Shown here: piece after piece, positions 9,711 through 18,911 of the stretch
Position numbering within the stretch: position 1 is the first letter of the stretch
How the letters are laid out: every line of letters starts with the position of its first letter
DNA from: a virus
Virus record (IMG/VR): IMGVR_UViG_3300030103_003573
Span: 4,156-68,155 of that record
DNA: 64,000 nt
Reading direction: 5' to 3' (one strand)
Translations under genes and position numbers: made by a program
The notes under the pieces: model-generated
Databases searched by the model: none
What the model saw: only the letters and a program-made list of their open reading frames with translations
Told to the model about the DNA's origin: nothing

Positions 9711-11102
9711 ATGCCTATACCAAGGAATCAACCTAGCCCCCAAAGGCAATCAGTCCTTTCGTTTGCTACAGCAGACGTTGCTGACTTTTTGTTTTACGAG
9801 ACTGTTGACGCTCAAAGGTTTGGCAAGGGGGTGGATGACCTTGAGGCAACCTTGCCTAAATACGGCACACCTCACCCCGACTCGACTAAGTTTCCGAATC
9901 ACAAACTGTGCTACGTAAAACCAGCCGATCCAACTGGGCTTACGTATCAGTTCTTTTACGTGGCCGACAGGTCCGCACAGGAGAACAATCATAACTGGGA
10001 ATACCGCCAAGCAGATCTTGGTGGTAACAAGTATGACACAGTGGTCAGGACTTATGTCACCCCTCGCGCTGATTTCAAAGATACTGATGTTAATTATAAA
10101 GCGGGGTCCGATATGCCTAATAGCGAAGGCGGGACTACTAACAATATTCCTAACTGGAATAACGAGGATGCCACTGGGGCAAATCAGTTTAATGCAGAGG
10201 ATGTTTTGACCCACGATGGCGCATTCGCATTAGGTGTTGACGAAACTCCTGTGAGCACAGGATACAAACTTTACACCCGCCAGCAGAAGAAGATTGGTGA
10301 CAGGGAGCTGGATGGCTTATTCGTTGTAGAGCAGCGCGTCTATTTCCGAAGAGTAGATATTGTCACTCAAAAGTTAGACCCTGCTACGGATGGTGTTCTT
10401 AAGTCTATTGTTAAACTTATCGCTAGGGACGAGACGTTTACGACAAATGGGAGCACAAGAACTGCGGGGACGCAGGGTTGGATGGACAAGACTAACTGGG
10501 GTCTAAGCAGTGACGGCCAAAACATCGAGTGCCGTCAGCTTAGTCACGACTGGTGGCAGATAAACATCCAAGACATTATCCCGCAGACGGCATCTAGTAA
10601 TGTTACTTACGGTGGTCAAACGATAAGAACATACGACACCTATCAGAACTATAGATGGCCTTCTGTTGTTGGAGGTTTGTTCTTTAACACAGCTAACAAG
10701 AAAGACGGCTCTACTACCAATACTGTCATCGTTCGTAATAAAGAAGGTAAGGATGGCTTCTCTGGTCCGACAAAGATGACCGTGACGCAGGTTTGGAAAA
10801 AAGATAAGTTCACAAGCCTCCCTGCTCCAGTTGTGTTCAAGACAGTGAGCGCGGTTTACAATGGTGTGCAGTTCAACGTCCGTGTCAGTAATGTTCTGAC
10901 AGAGGCAATCACACTGACTGACTTCATCGGTTCGGAAGACCCTGTTTACAGGCTGGGTGATTACGCAAACCCTAAACCTTGGTGTCAGGCATCCGATCCT
11001 ACTGATTGGCCATCAGGTCCAACATTCATTGGCTCTGTTTCTCAAAAACCATTTAGGGGTGGCTACTTGTTGGAGATTATTGAGATCCACGTTCCATCTT
11101 AA
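9711..11102 (+). CDS. Putative tail structural protein
   Basis: 463-aa ORF in the tail region; no diagnostic motif recognised. Confidence 0.55.
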   Translation: MPIPRNQPSPQRQSVLSFATADVADFLFYETVDAQRFGKGVDDLEATLPKYGTPHPDSTKFPNHKLCYVKPADPTGLTYQFFYVADRSAQENNHNWEYRQADLGGNKYDTVVRTYVTPRADFKDTDVNYKAGSDMPNSEGGTTNNIPNWNNEDATGANQFNAEDVLTHDGAFALGVDETPVSTGYKLYTRQQKKIGDRELDGLFVVEQRVYFRRVDIVTQKLDPATDGVLKSIVKLIARDETFTTNGSTRTAGTQGWMDKTNWGLSSDGQNIECRQLSHDWWQINIQDIIPQTASSNVTYGGQTIRTYDTYQNYRWPSVVGGLFFNTANKKDGSTTNTVIVRNKEGKDGFSGPTKMTVTQVWKKDKFTSLPAPVVFKTVSAVYNGVQFNVRVSNVLTEAITLTDFIGSEDPVYRLGDYANPKPWCQASDPTDWPSGPTFIGSVSQKPFRGGYLLEIIEIHVPS

Positions 11103-11104
11103 AC

Positions 11105-12358
11105 ATGGCTACTGAGCAGGATATTGAAGATACCGATGCGGTTATCTCAGATAAGGACACATCAACTGTGTTCCCTGACGGGACACCTGCGGGTGATTTT
11201 GATGCTAGTGGCAACCCATACGACAACCCATACCAGCTCCACCGCCCACATGCGTTTGCCCTGATTCACGGTGATGGTGGCGCTAAGATTTCTTACGGTG
11301 AACTTCACTGGCGTGTTGACCTTCTGAAGTTCAAGTTTGAAACACACACTGTTTCCGGCATCAGCGTCACGGTGGACGATCATGCGAACCACTCCCACGC
11401 GCCCCACGCTGATCACTCGCACTCAGACCACACGGACCACTCTCACTCTTCACATACAACGACCGACCACCAGCACACCATAACTAGTGATTCCCATGAT
11501 GGGCATACGCACTCTTCTGCTGGATCCTCTAATTACGCAACTAGCTCTAGCGGTGGAAACAGTGCTGACGTATATGATACTAACGCCGATAGTTCGGGGA
11601 CCAGCCCACAAGGATCAGCTTACCATCACAAGCACGGGGGGCTTACAGGGCTTGATGGGTCGGAGACACTTTCACACTCAGGTGTAAAGACTACAAGCAG
11701 CTACGGTGACCCTGCGGATACAGGGATTTTAGATCACTCAGGAGTTAAACACACAGACGGTTCGCAGGATGCCCCTGATGGAGTCTTGAAACACTCAGGG
11801 GTTACGACACTAGACGGCAACGGCCAAGGAACCAGTAGTGATGCTTCAGGAAATTCAACCGGTGTTCTCAGCCACAACGTCACAGTGTCTGGTAGCAGCT
11901 CTTTTGTTTATTGTGCTCAAGCAGGGCAAGAATCAATCGGCAAGATTAACCAACAAGTTCCCAAAGTTGACGCTGAAGACGGAAAGCCGATGTCTGCTAA
12001 TATCAACGATCTTGATGAAGACGGCATCCCTACTGGAGCAAAATATCACCAGTTAGGATCTTACGGAGATGTCTATCTTTGTTGGAAAGCTGACCTTGAA
12101 CAAGGGGCGGGGAGTGAAATAACCCACTGTTGGGTGCAAGTAGGGGAGCCAGATAATGATGACATTGATGAAGTCCCATTAGGAAATTCTTCTACAAACA
12201 GAAGAAGCTCAAGTGGAAGTGATGGGATAACGGGCGCAAATGACAATGGAATATATTCTATTAAGTTGGGGACTGTAAATGAAGGGTCTCCAATAAAACA
12301 AAATGTTTCTAGTGATGTTGTTTGGACCCCTACGGTTATAGACCGGATTGGCCCTTAA
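11105..12358 (+). CDS. His-rich putative tail spike/needle protein
   Basis: Central HxH cluster (HSH, HQH, HTH, HKH) and repeated LxHSGV units, as in trimeric fibre tips. Confidence 0.55.
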   Translation: MATEQDIEDTDAVISDKDTSTVFPDGTPAGDFDASGNPYDNPYQLHRPHAFALIHGDGGAKISYGELHWRVDLLKFKFETHTVSGISVTVDDHANHSHAPHADHSHSDHTDHSHSSHTTTDHQHTITSDSHDGHTHSSAGSSNYATSSSGGNSADVYDTNADSSGTSPQGSAYHHKHGGLTGLDGSETLSHSGVKTTSSYGDPADTGILDHSGVKHTDGSQDAPDGVLKHSGVTTLDGNGQGTSSDASGNSTGVLSHNVTVSGSSSFVYCAQAGQESIGKINQQVPKVDAEDGKPMSANINDLDEDGIPTGAKYHQLGSYGDVYLCWKADLEQGAGSEITHCWVQVGEPDNDDIDEVPLGNSSTNRRSSSGSDGITGANDNGIYSIKLGTVNEGSPIKQNVSSDVVWTPTVIDRIGP

Positions 12359-12386
12359 GACTAAAGATTTTAAGAATCCCTGTTTC

Positions 12387-12415
12387 TTGACCCCTTAACG
12401 GGTTTCTGATAGTGT
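12387..12415 (+). promoter_or_regulatory. Sigma70-like promoter, probably leaderless transcript
   Basis: TTGACC-17-TAGTGT; ATG at 12421 follows after 5 nt. Confidence 0.5.
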
Positions 12416-12420
12416 GGGTT

Positions 12421-13479
12421 ATGGCCACGCTTACTGTTGCTGGTGTTGATGATGCGTTACGGGAGCTTGCTGGGTCTCCGAATGCCACCCCCGCTGAGTT
12501 CATAAAAGAATTGAATCTAGCCCTGCCCCGTCTCTACGACTTGGGAATGTGGCGCGATCTTCTTTTTGAGCATGTCATCACTACATCCTCTAGCACCTTC
12601 ACCATACCCAGCAACGCCGAATCTCTTATCAGTGCGATTGTTGATTACGATTCTAGCACAGAAGATCACTCTTACCCCGAAGCTATTCAATCTCGTTTCC
12701 ATGATTACAGAATCACTGGCCGAGATGATGACGGGGACACACTGATTTCCTACGGCATCGTAGACGACGGGTATTCAGCTACCGTCGAAGAGCCAGTAGC
12801 TGGCAAGTCTTATAGATTGCGTCTTAGGTCTAGTAAAACTAACACTACACTACCACTTAACGGGACCGTCTTTGTAACTTATTCTGACGGAACAAATACT
12901 TCAGATCTTACTAAAGAAGAAGATGATAGTGGTAACAATGGGGGGAAGTTTACGTGTAACGGGGAAGACACCACAGATGAGTTTTTGACTACTAACGCAA
13001 AGGACATAACTAGCATTAGCGAGATACGAGTTGGCCCGACAACACTGTCTGAGCCTGTTCAGCTAGTCATGTTTGAAACAGCAGCAGATGGAAATGCCTA
13101 CGCTAACGCACACACTTCTGAAAGCTTCGGTGATTTAATAGCAGCTAATGATCTACAGTTTGCTAATGAAGTAACTCGTTATCGCAGGTATCGAATCTCG
13201 AATGACGATAATAAAACAATTTCTATCCGATGCCTTCTTAAGAGAAAGTTCAAGCCCTTTGTTTCGGACTCTGATGTTGTCTTCCTTTCTAGCTTACCAG
13301 CAATCAAACACGCACTTCTTGGGAACATTGCAGAGGACAACGCAGATTTAGAGCGTGCCAATTACCATTGGGGCGTGTGCCAAAAACTTTTAGATCAACA
13401 GCTCGACGCATCGAGAGGAGCTGCCAAGCCTAAGTTACTTATTGTAGCTGATGGACATAGAACACTAAACATGATGTAA
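12421..13479 (+). CDS. Putative head-tail adaptor / tail tubular protein
   Basis: Helical N- and C-termini (ELNLALPRLY; AIKHALLG...RANYHW) around a beta-rich middle, typical of podovirus adaptors; start moved to ATG 12421. Confidence 0.5.
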   Translation: MATLTVAGVDDALRELAGSPNATPAEFIKELNLALPRLYDLGMWRDLLFEHVITTSSSTFTIPSNAESLISAIVDYDSSTEDHSYPEAIQSRFHDYRITGRDDDGDTLISYGIVDDGYSATVEEPVAGKSYRLRLRSSKTNTTLPLNGTVFVTYSDGTNTSDLTKEEDDSGNNGGKFTCNGEDTTDEFLTTNAKDITSISEIRVGPTTLSEPVQLVMFETAADGNAYANAHTSESFGDLIAANDLQFANEVTRYRRYRISNDDNKTISIRCLLKRKFKPFVSDSDVVFLSSLPAIKHALLGNIAEDNADLERANYHWGVCQKLLDQQLDASRGAAKPKLLIVADGHRTLNMM

Positions 13480-13484
13480 CCCCT

Positions 13485-13664
13485 ATGATCGAATATATTA
13501 CAGAAAACGTAGACACCCTGCTTCAAATCGCAGCGAGTGTAATCGCCGTAGCTTCTCTTGTGGCTACATTGACTCCAAACGAGAGTGATAACAAGTGGGT
13601 CTCCCGCGCTTCAGCAGTCATTTCATGGCTCGCCCTGAATGTGGGCAAGGCCAAGAGTAAGTGA
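13485..13664 (+). CDS. Putative holin-like membrane protein (59 aa, below the ORF-track cutoff)
   Basis: MIEYITENVDTLLQIAASVIAVASLVATLTPNESDNKWVSRASAVISWLALNVGKAKSK: hydrophobic helix, basic tail, GTGA overlap with the next gene. Confidence 0.65.
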   Translation: MIEYITENVDTLLQIAASVIAVASLVATLTPNESDNKWVSRASAVISWLALNVGKAKSK

Positions 13665-13879
13665 GCGCATTCATCAGACTCCTGACTGCCGCCCTCAATG
13701 CCTACATTGAAAACATCCGACTCAAGCGTGACTCCCGCCTCGACGATCTTCAAGATGAGCTTGATAGGTTGGCCGCTGATGGCTCTCCTTTTAGCAAGTT
13801 GCGGATCGAGCGGGTGGCACAACGAATCAAGCGCGAACGCGAGCGCCTTATTCGATCCCCCGACCATCACATTGATTGA
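13661..13879 (+). CDS. Putative i-spanin (Rz-like)
   Basis: Short hydrophobic N-terminus then a charged coiled coil; overlapped by a lipoprotein ORF in another frame. Confidence 0.45.
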   Translation: MSAFIRLLTAALNAYIENIRLKRDSRLDDLQDELDRLAADGSPFSKLRIERVAQRIKRERERLIRSPDHHID

Positions 13880-13985
13880 GGGAGAGTTGTATCACTTCTG
13901 TGAAGGCAGCTTAGTAGGTCGTCCAAATCACAGATTCCACAGCGATTACTCGTATCGCAGAGCAATTATTATTGGGGGAAAATGA
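13755..13985 (+). CDS. Putative o-spanin (Rz1-like) lipoprotein
   Basis: MSLIGWPLMALLLAS-C lipobox; starts inside 13661..13879. Confidence 0.55.
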   Translation: MSLIGWPLMALLLASCGSSGWHNESSANASALFDPPTITLIEGELYHFCEGSLVGRPNHRFHSDYSYRRAIIIGGK

Positions 13986-14146
13986 TCAACACCAAGATTT
14001 TTGATTCACTAATTGGAATGGCCGCACCCGTCATAGGGTTGGTCACAAGTATGCAGGAACAGTTTGAGTATTGGTTGAGAGTTGGGTCATTAGTTGTGGG
14101 AATAGCTGTAGGACTAGCATCTCTTTATCGTATTATTAACAAATGA
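13982..14146 (+). CDS. Putative holin-like membrane protein (54 aa, below the ORF-track cutoff)
   Basis: MINTKIFDSLIGMAAPVIGLVTSMQEQFEYWLRVGSLVVGIAVGLASLYRIINK: two hydrophobic segments, ATGA overlaps on both sides, directly before the amidase. Confidence 0.65.
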   Translation: MINTKIFDSLIGMAAPVIGLVTSMQEQFEYWLRVGSLVVGIAVGLASLYRIINK

Positions 14147-14700
14147 AGATAGGGTTGATAGTAGGTCACTCTCGTCTTGGTGATCAGGGCGCATATAGTT
14201 CTGGCGAATACATTCTTTCCGAATGGGATTTTAACCGTGATCTGGTTCGTAGGGTTGCTACCCCTTTAAGAGGGGTAGTAGATTTTGTTATTTACGATCA
14301 AGTCCCTGTTAAAACCTACACAGCAGCAGTTAAATATTTAGCTAATAAACTAGATGAAGACGGGATTGATGCCGCTGTTGAGCTTCATTTTAATTCAGCT
14401 AGTCCCAAAGCCTCTGGTCATGAGTGGCTTTATTGGCACACAAGTAGGAAAGGAGCCAAGTTAGCTTATCTTCTTAGAGATGAAATGGAGGAATCTTATC
14501 CTGATTTGCCTTCGAGGGGAGCCAAGCCTCGCGCTGAAAAACAACGTGGATCTGGTATGTTGCGTGGTGTTCGTCCGCCTATTGTTATTGGGGAGCCTTT
14601 TTTTGGTAGCAATCCCGATGAGTGGCGGATGATTAACAACAACCGTGGCAAACTAGCGGGGGTGTATGCCCGTGCGATAAAGAAATATGCCGTAGGATGA
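14143..14700 (+). CDS. Endolysin, N-acetylmuramoyl-L-alanine amidase (Amidase_3)
   Basis: VGH...E, VELHFNS and GEPFF zinc-amidase motifs. Confidence 0.85.
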   Translation: MKIGLIVGHSRLGDQGAYSSGEYILSEWDFNRDLVRRVATPLRGVVDFVIYDQVPVKTYTAAVKYLANKLDEDGIDAAVELHFNSASPKASGHEWLYWHTSRKGAKLAYLLRDEMEESYPDLPSRGAKPRAEKQRGSGMLRGVRPPIVIGEPFFGSNPDEWRMINNNRGKLAGVYARAIKKYAVG

Positions 14701-15005
14701 GCCTCCCCAAAAGTATCCACATAGCGGGAGTTCCCGTTAAGATAGTTAAAGAAGACTTAAGTGATGAGAACAATCGCTCAAAAGGTTATTACGGATACTA
14801 TTCTCATGAGCGGAAAACTATTGTAATCGATAAGAATCTTAAACCGTCAGAAGTAAAATCGACAGTTCGGCATGAGATGCTTCATGCTTGTTTAGCATTC
14901 AGCGGTCTTGATAGATTAGATAGCTTTGAAGAAGAAAGTTTGGTAGTGTGCATAGAGGAACTGTTTTTTCCAGCGTGGGAAAGGTTCTGCAAAAGATTTA
15001 AATAG
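14697..15005 (+). CDS. Small zincin-like metallopeptidase
   Basis: YGYY...IVID...TVRHEMLH...EE (HExxH plus downstream Glu). Confidence 0.65.
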   Translation: MSLPKSIHIAGVPVKIVKEDLSDENNRSKGYYGYYSHERKTIVIDKNLKPSEVKSTVRHEMLHACLAFSGLDRLDSFEEESLVVCIEELFFPAWERFCKRFK

Positions 15006-15007
15006 GA

Positions 15008-15199
15008 ATGGCTAAGAAAAAAAGTAAGTCGCGTGTGAATGAGGCAGGTAATTACACCAAGCCTAATATGCGTAAGCGTCTGTTTAACTCTATCAAAAAC
15101 AGGAATACACACGGGACACCTGCGGGTAAATGGTCGGCGCGTAAAAGTCAGCTTCTAGCAAAGCTTTATAAAAAGAAAGGTGGCGGTTATCGCAATTAG
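15008..15199 (+). CDS. Small basic phage protein (DUF5872-like N-part)
   Basis: NYTKP...KWSARKSQLL...YKKKGGGY, recalled from marine phage hypothetical proteins. Confidence 0.6.
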   Translation: MAKKKSKSRVNEAGNYTKPNMRKRLFNSIKNRNTHGTPAGKWSARKSQLLAKLYKKKGGGYRN

Positions 15200-15201
15200 T
15201 C

Positions 15202-15483
15202 ATGGCTAGGTTAAGAAAATCACAGCAGTCACTAAAAGATTGGAGCGATCAGAAATGGCGCACCAAGAGTGGCAAAAAGTCCTCCGAGACTGGGGAGCGG
15301 TATCTTCCAGAAGCAGCCATCAAAAAACTTTCTGCCTCCGAGTATGCGGCTGGCACCTCCCGAAAACGTAAAGCAATGCGATCTGGCAAAGGTCGAGCCA
15401 AATACACAGAAGCAGAAAAACGAGCTTTTTTAAGTGCTACAAACCGTAGAAGAAAAAAAACCAACAAGAAAAAAACACGATGA
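15202..15483 (+). CDS. Small basic phage protein (DUF5872-like C-part)
   Basis: SLKDWSDQKWRTKSGK...GERYLP. Confidence 0.6.
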   Translation: MARLRKSQQSLKDWSDQKWRTKSGKKSSETGERYLPEAAIKKLSASEYAAGTSRKRKAMRSGKGRAKYTEAEKRAFLSATNRRRKKTNKKKTR

Positions 15484-15746
15484 AAGGTGTTCCACATTAC
15501 AAAAAAGACGGGAGTATCCACACTGGGGGAACTCATAAAATGCCAAATGGAGATCTCCATACTGGATCTTCACACAACGCAGGAAGTCAAAAGTTGTTTC
15601 ACTTTGATGAGCTGAGTTCAGCCGCTAAGAAAAAAGCGAAAGCTCAAAAGAAACCAATGGCAAAAAAAGCGGCTAAGAAAAAAGCGGTTAAAAGAAAATC
15701 TTTTACTGAGAGTGTTGAAAGTAGAATGAAAGAAAGTGGCTACTAA
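15480..15746 (+). CDS. Small basic His/Lys-rich protein
   Basis: HYKKDG...THKMPNGDLHTG followed by a histone-H1-like AKKAAKKK tail. Confidence 0.6.
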   Translation: MKGVPHYKKDGSIHTGGTHKMPNGDLHTGSSHNAGSQKLFHFDELSSAAKKKAKAQKKPMAKKAAKKKAVKRKSFTESVESRMKESGY

Positions 15747-16029
15747 AAGATTCAAAAGACTACCTTCGGGAAGAATTAGTTATCACGGGGAAACTTTTCC
15801 GGGCTTCAATAAGCCCAAGCGTGCTCCACAAGGGAGTAAGAAGAAGTTTGTTGTCTTGGCAAAACAAGGGGGCAAAGTAAAAAAGGTTTCTTACGGGCAC
15901 AGGGATTACTCAGACTTTACCAAGCACAAAGATCCTAAACGTCGCGCTAACTTCCGCGCTCGACATAATTGCGCCACAGCGAAAGACAAGCTTTCAGCTA
16001 GGTATTGGGCGTGCAAAAAACTTTGGTAA
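15736..16029 (+). CDS. Small basic phage protein
   Basis: KHKDPKRRANFRARHNC...SARYWA motif; overlaps both neighbours. Confidence 0.6.
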   Translation: MATKRFKRLPSGRISYHGETFPGFNKPKRAPQGSKKKFVVLAKQGGKVKKVSYGHRDYSDFTKHKDPKRRANFRARHNCATAKDKLSARYWACKKLW

Positions 16030-16571
16030 TGCCTAGAAAGCTACCCGCACAATTCAAACGAGAGCGGAGTAGCAAGTATATTGCATTCACACCAACGTCG
16101 GCTGACATAAAGTTAGCTTTTGAACGGAGTCAAGAGCTTGGGATTCAGCGTAACTCTTTTACTAGAGGTCAAGGCAGGATGGTAGGGTTTCTTGGGGAGA
16201 TTGCCTTTGAGTTACTTTTTACAAATTCAGTTTACGTAGGAGACAAGTCCTTCACACATGACTACGTGATTGGCAAAAAGACCATCGATGTTAAGTCGAA
16301 GACTTGCACTAGCAAGCCCATGCCTCACTACACGGCTAGTGTAAACTGCCCCAAGCTAAAGAAGCCACAGGCTGGGTATTATTATTTCGTTCGCGTCCTT
16401 AAAGACTACTCTAAAGTCTGGATGCTAGGTTGGATTGGGACGAGAACACTACTGCGGGACGCAGACTACAAGTTCTGTGGAGACCCTGATGAGTATGGGT
16501 TCACCTACAAAGTAGATGGTTACCATACAGAGATCAGCAATCTTCGTCCACCTGCCAGCTTTTCAGCCTAG
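16029..16571 (+). CDS. Restriction-endonuclease-like PD-(D/E)xK protein
   Basis: GFLGEIAF...HDY...IDVKSK; start moved to ATG 16029 (TAATG overlap). Confidence 0.55.
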   Translation: MPRKLPAQFKRERSSKYIAFTPTSADIKLAFERSQELGIQRNSFTRGQGRMVGFLGEIAFELLFTNSVYVGDKSFTHDYVIGKKTIDVKSKTCTSKPMPHYTASVNCPKLKKPQAGYYYFVRVLKDYSKVWMLGWIGTRTLLRDADYKFCGDPDEYGFTYKVDGYHTEISNLRPPASFSA

Positions 16572-16749
16572 CACGAACTGCTTTGAGTTTACGTAGAAGG
16601 GCTTCGAGTCTACTCCGTTCTTGGGTGTAGTATTCAATTTTTTTTGTGAGCATCGAATAATCTTCTTTAGCAAATATTATTCGGGACTCTACAACGCCGA
16701 TGTCTTCTTCCTCCAAGTGAGTTTCAGTAGTGTCTTGCTCAACACTCAT
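16534..16749 (-). CDS. Hypothetical coiled-coil protein
   Basis: 71-aa ORF directly after the primase-helicase; overlaps the convergent gene by 38 nt. Confidence 0.5.
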   Translation of the reverse strand: MSVEQDTTETHLEEEDIGVVESRIIFAKEDYSMLTKKIEYYTQERSRLEALLRKLKAVRARLKSWQVDEDC

Positions 16750-16757
16750 GACTCTAG

Positions 16758-18911
16758 TTAAGGAGAAGATTTGGAAATGTCAAATCTTTCCTCGACGTTG
16801 ATACTCCACACCTTGCCGCCACCTTTTCCCTGCGAGGCTACTGGCCGTATCCGCACGTTCGCTTTTCCTGCTTCTTCTAACGTGGACATTCCCCTTCTGA
16901 CAAACTCAAGGTTGTTGCTCATGCCCACGCTCCTACCGTTGTTCATATCATGCAAGGTTACCTGAAACTCTGTAAGCGTGCCCTCCCATGTAACTTTGTG
17001 TGGGTCAATGTCCCTACACCTTTTAGAGAATATCTCCACCAGTTCAGCGACCGCCGACCTGCTTGAGTTGTCGTATGCCGCAGACGCCACAGATTCGTCT
17101 ATAAAACTAACGACCCCGAACCTCCCGAAATCTTCTACTTCTTGCGGAGGGTTCCAGTCTAGCAGCCACTTGCCGAGATACGGCAGTTCTTCTTGGATTG
17201 TTTTTTCCAAAGTGACATTAGGTGGGAAATCACTGGTCGCCCCGTCCCTCACTCGTATTGCCATAAGCTTATCCCTGTTACTGCTATCCAGAGAGGGGAT
17301 GACCGAAAGGCTGTTTGCGTCCATGTTTAGGGATAAGATAACGCGCCCAGACCACGGAATTGAGATTGAGTCCGCATATTTAGCCATGTATTCGATTCTC
17401 GGGTTAGCTACGGCCCTCTTAATTAGCTCCGTTGCCTTCCTTTGGTCCTGAAATGAACTGGCACTTGTCGTGTCATCAATGACCCACGCTGCCACACGCC
17501 CGAGGTCTTTGTTAAATTTAGTGTGCCCTGACAGGTAGTCCGAAGCATCAGAGAAACCACCGACCAAACCAGATATCACTCTGTTGGAGAGAAGCGATTT
17601 GCCCCGTCCCGTTGGCCCGACAAGGATCAATGCCTGTCCTTGATAAGCGTGCTTATCGACTACTGCTATGTAGAACCGCTTCAGCCAAGCAAAGAAATAG
17701 TCAATGGTTGGTTGTGGTGTAGAGTTCTCAAACAACTGGTGAAGCCATTGGTGGAGGAACGGCCAGTTCTTTGGGTCGCCATCTGCGGCAGGTGCAACAG
17801 GCTCGATAGTCGAGGTATTGAGAATCCTGTTACCGTTGCACTCAACTATTCTGTCATTTGAGAATATCACTGGGGCTATCTCAGTTATCCTGTTCTGGTT
17901 ACTAATCACCAGCATAGCAGCCTCTACCTCCGAAAGAGTCTGTCCTTTTTTAAGTCTGGTTGAGAATCCGAACTGGCGCAGCTCAAGGATCAGTTGTTCG
18001 CGGGGAATTTGAACTGCCGTGTTCTGTAGCAGTTTAAAGAACGTCTTCCCGTTAAACCAATACTCATCAAGCAGGTTACCCATCTTCTGCTGTTCATAGT
18101 CCTCAACAAAACTTGGCCCGAAGATCTCTCTCCAGCTCAAGAACCCTTTCCCTGCTCTGTCTGAGTAACAGATCATACCGTCCTCAGATATCTGACAACC
18201 TTCCCTGTCGATGCCGTCGTCAATCCAGAACAACGGTCCTCTCAGGCCAACCTCAAATTCTCCCATCCACCTATTCGGAAACCTGTTTTCGACTTCAGCC
18301 GCTATAACCTCAATCGGGATGGATGTGTCTGTGGTTTGTGGTGCCTTGCTCGACGCCGCTTTCAATAGGGCTGTTTGAACGACAGAGGAATCCAACGGTG
18401 TAGACATCTTCACCCAGTCCTCACCAAGCTCAAAATACTGAGCTGCCTTTAAAGAACTACTGTCAAACCCAGCTAAGACCTTTGAAAGTTTTAGTGTTTG
18501 CTTCATGTTACCCATGAAGGCATCAAACAACTGCGGGGATATAGGCATCCCTTCTTCAAATTCCCAGACTAGGCGAATGTATCCTGATTGTGTTTTAGAC
18601 CGCCAAGTTGGAAGGAGCGCCCCGCAAGACATTGCGATATCCGCATCCACGTTTGCCCACTTAACAGGTGCATCATAGTCAGCCACCACACCGTGGATAA
18701 TGTTAGGTGGGTTGTGACCTGATATTCTTTCTGCTGGCGCATCACCTTCAACAAGGCTGTAGAAAACATGATCGGTTGTCTTGGCAGCGCACCATGTCCT
18801 GAAGTCTGCTTTGTTCGCAAACTTGGGTTTTACTTTTTGTATTACAGATACGTCATGGGTCTTGTGTGCTGCATTGTCTCTTAAGTTCTTTATGTATCTG
18901 TAACTAATCAT
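16758..18911 (-). CDS. Primase-helicase (AEP-like N-terminus, P-loop NTPase C-terminus)
   Basis: VVADYD and SKTQSG primase-like motifs; Walker A GPTGRGKS, Walker B WVIDD; coupled to the polymerase gene. Confidence 0.75.
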   Translation of the reverse strand: MISYRYIKNLRDNAAHKTHDVSVIQKVKPKFANKADFRTWCAAKTTDHVFYSLVEGDAPAERISGHNPPNIIHGVVADYDAPVKWANVDADIAMSCGALLPTWRSKTQSGYIRLVWEFEEGMPISPQLFDAFMGNMKQTLKLSKVLAGFDSSSLKAAQYFELGEDWVKMSTPLDSSVVQTALLKAASSKAPQTTDTSIPIEVIAAEVENRFPNRWMGEFEVGLRGPLFWIDDGIDREGCQISEDGMICYSDRAGKGFLSWREIFGPSFVEDYEQQKMGNLLDEYWFNGKTFFKLLQNTAVQIPREQLILELRQFGFSTRLKKGQTLSEVEAAMLVISNQNRITEIAPVIFSNDRIVECNGNRILNTSTIEPVAPAADGDPKNWPFLHQWLHQLFENSTPQPTIDYFFAWLKRFYIAVVDKHAYQGQALILVGPTGRGKSLLSNRVISGLVGGFSDASDYLSGHTKFNKDLGRVAAWVIDDTTSASSFQDQRKATELIKRAVANPRIEYMAKYADSISIPWSGRVILSLNMDANSLSVIPSLDSSNRDKLMAIRVRDGATSDFPPNVTLEKTIQEELPYLGKWLLDWNPPQEVEDFGRFGVVSFIDESVASAAYDNSSRSAVAELVEIFSKRCRDIDPHKVTWEGTLTEFQVTLHDMNNGRSVGMSNNLEFVRRGMSTLEEAGKANVRIRPVASQGKGGGKVWSINVEERFDISKSSP

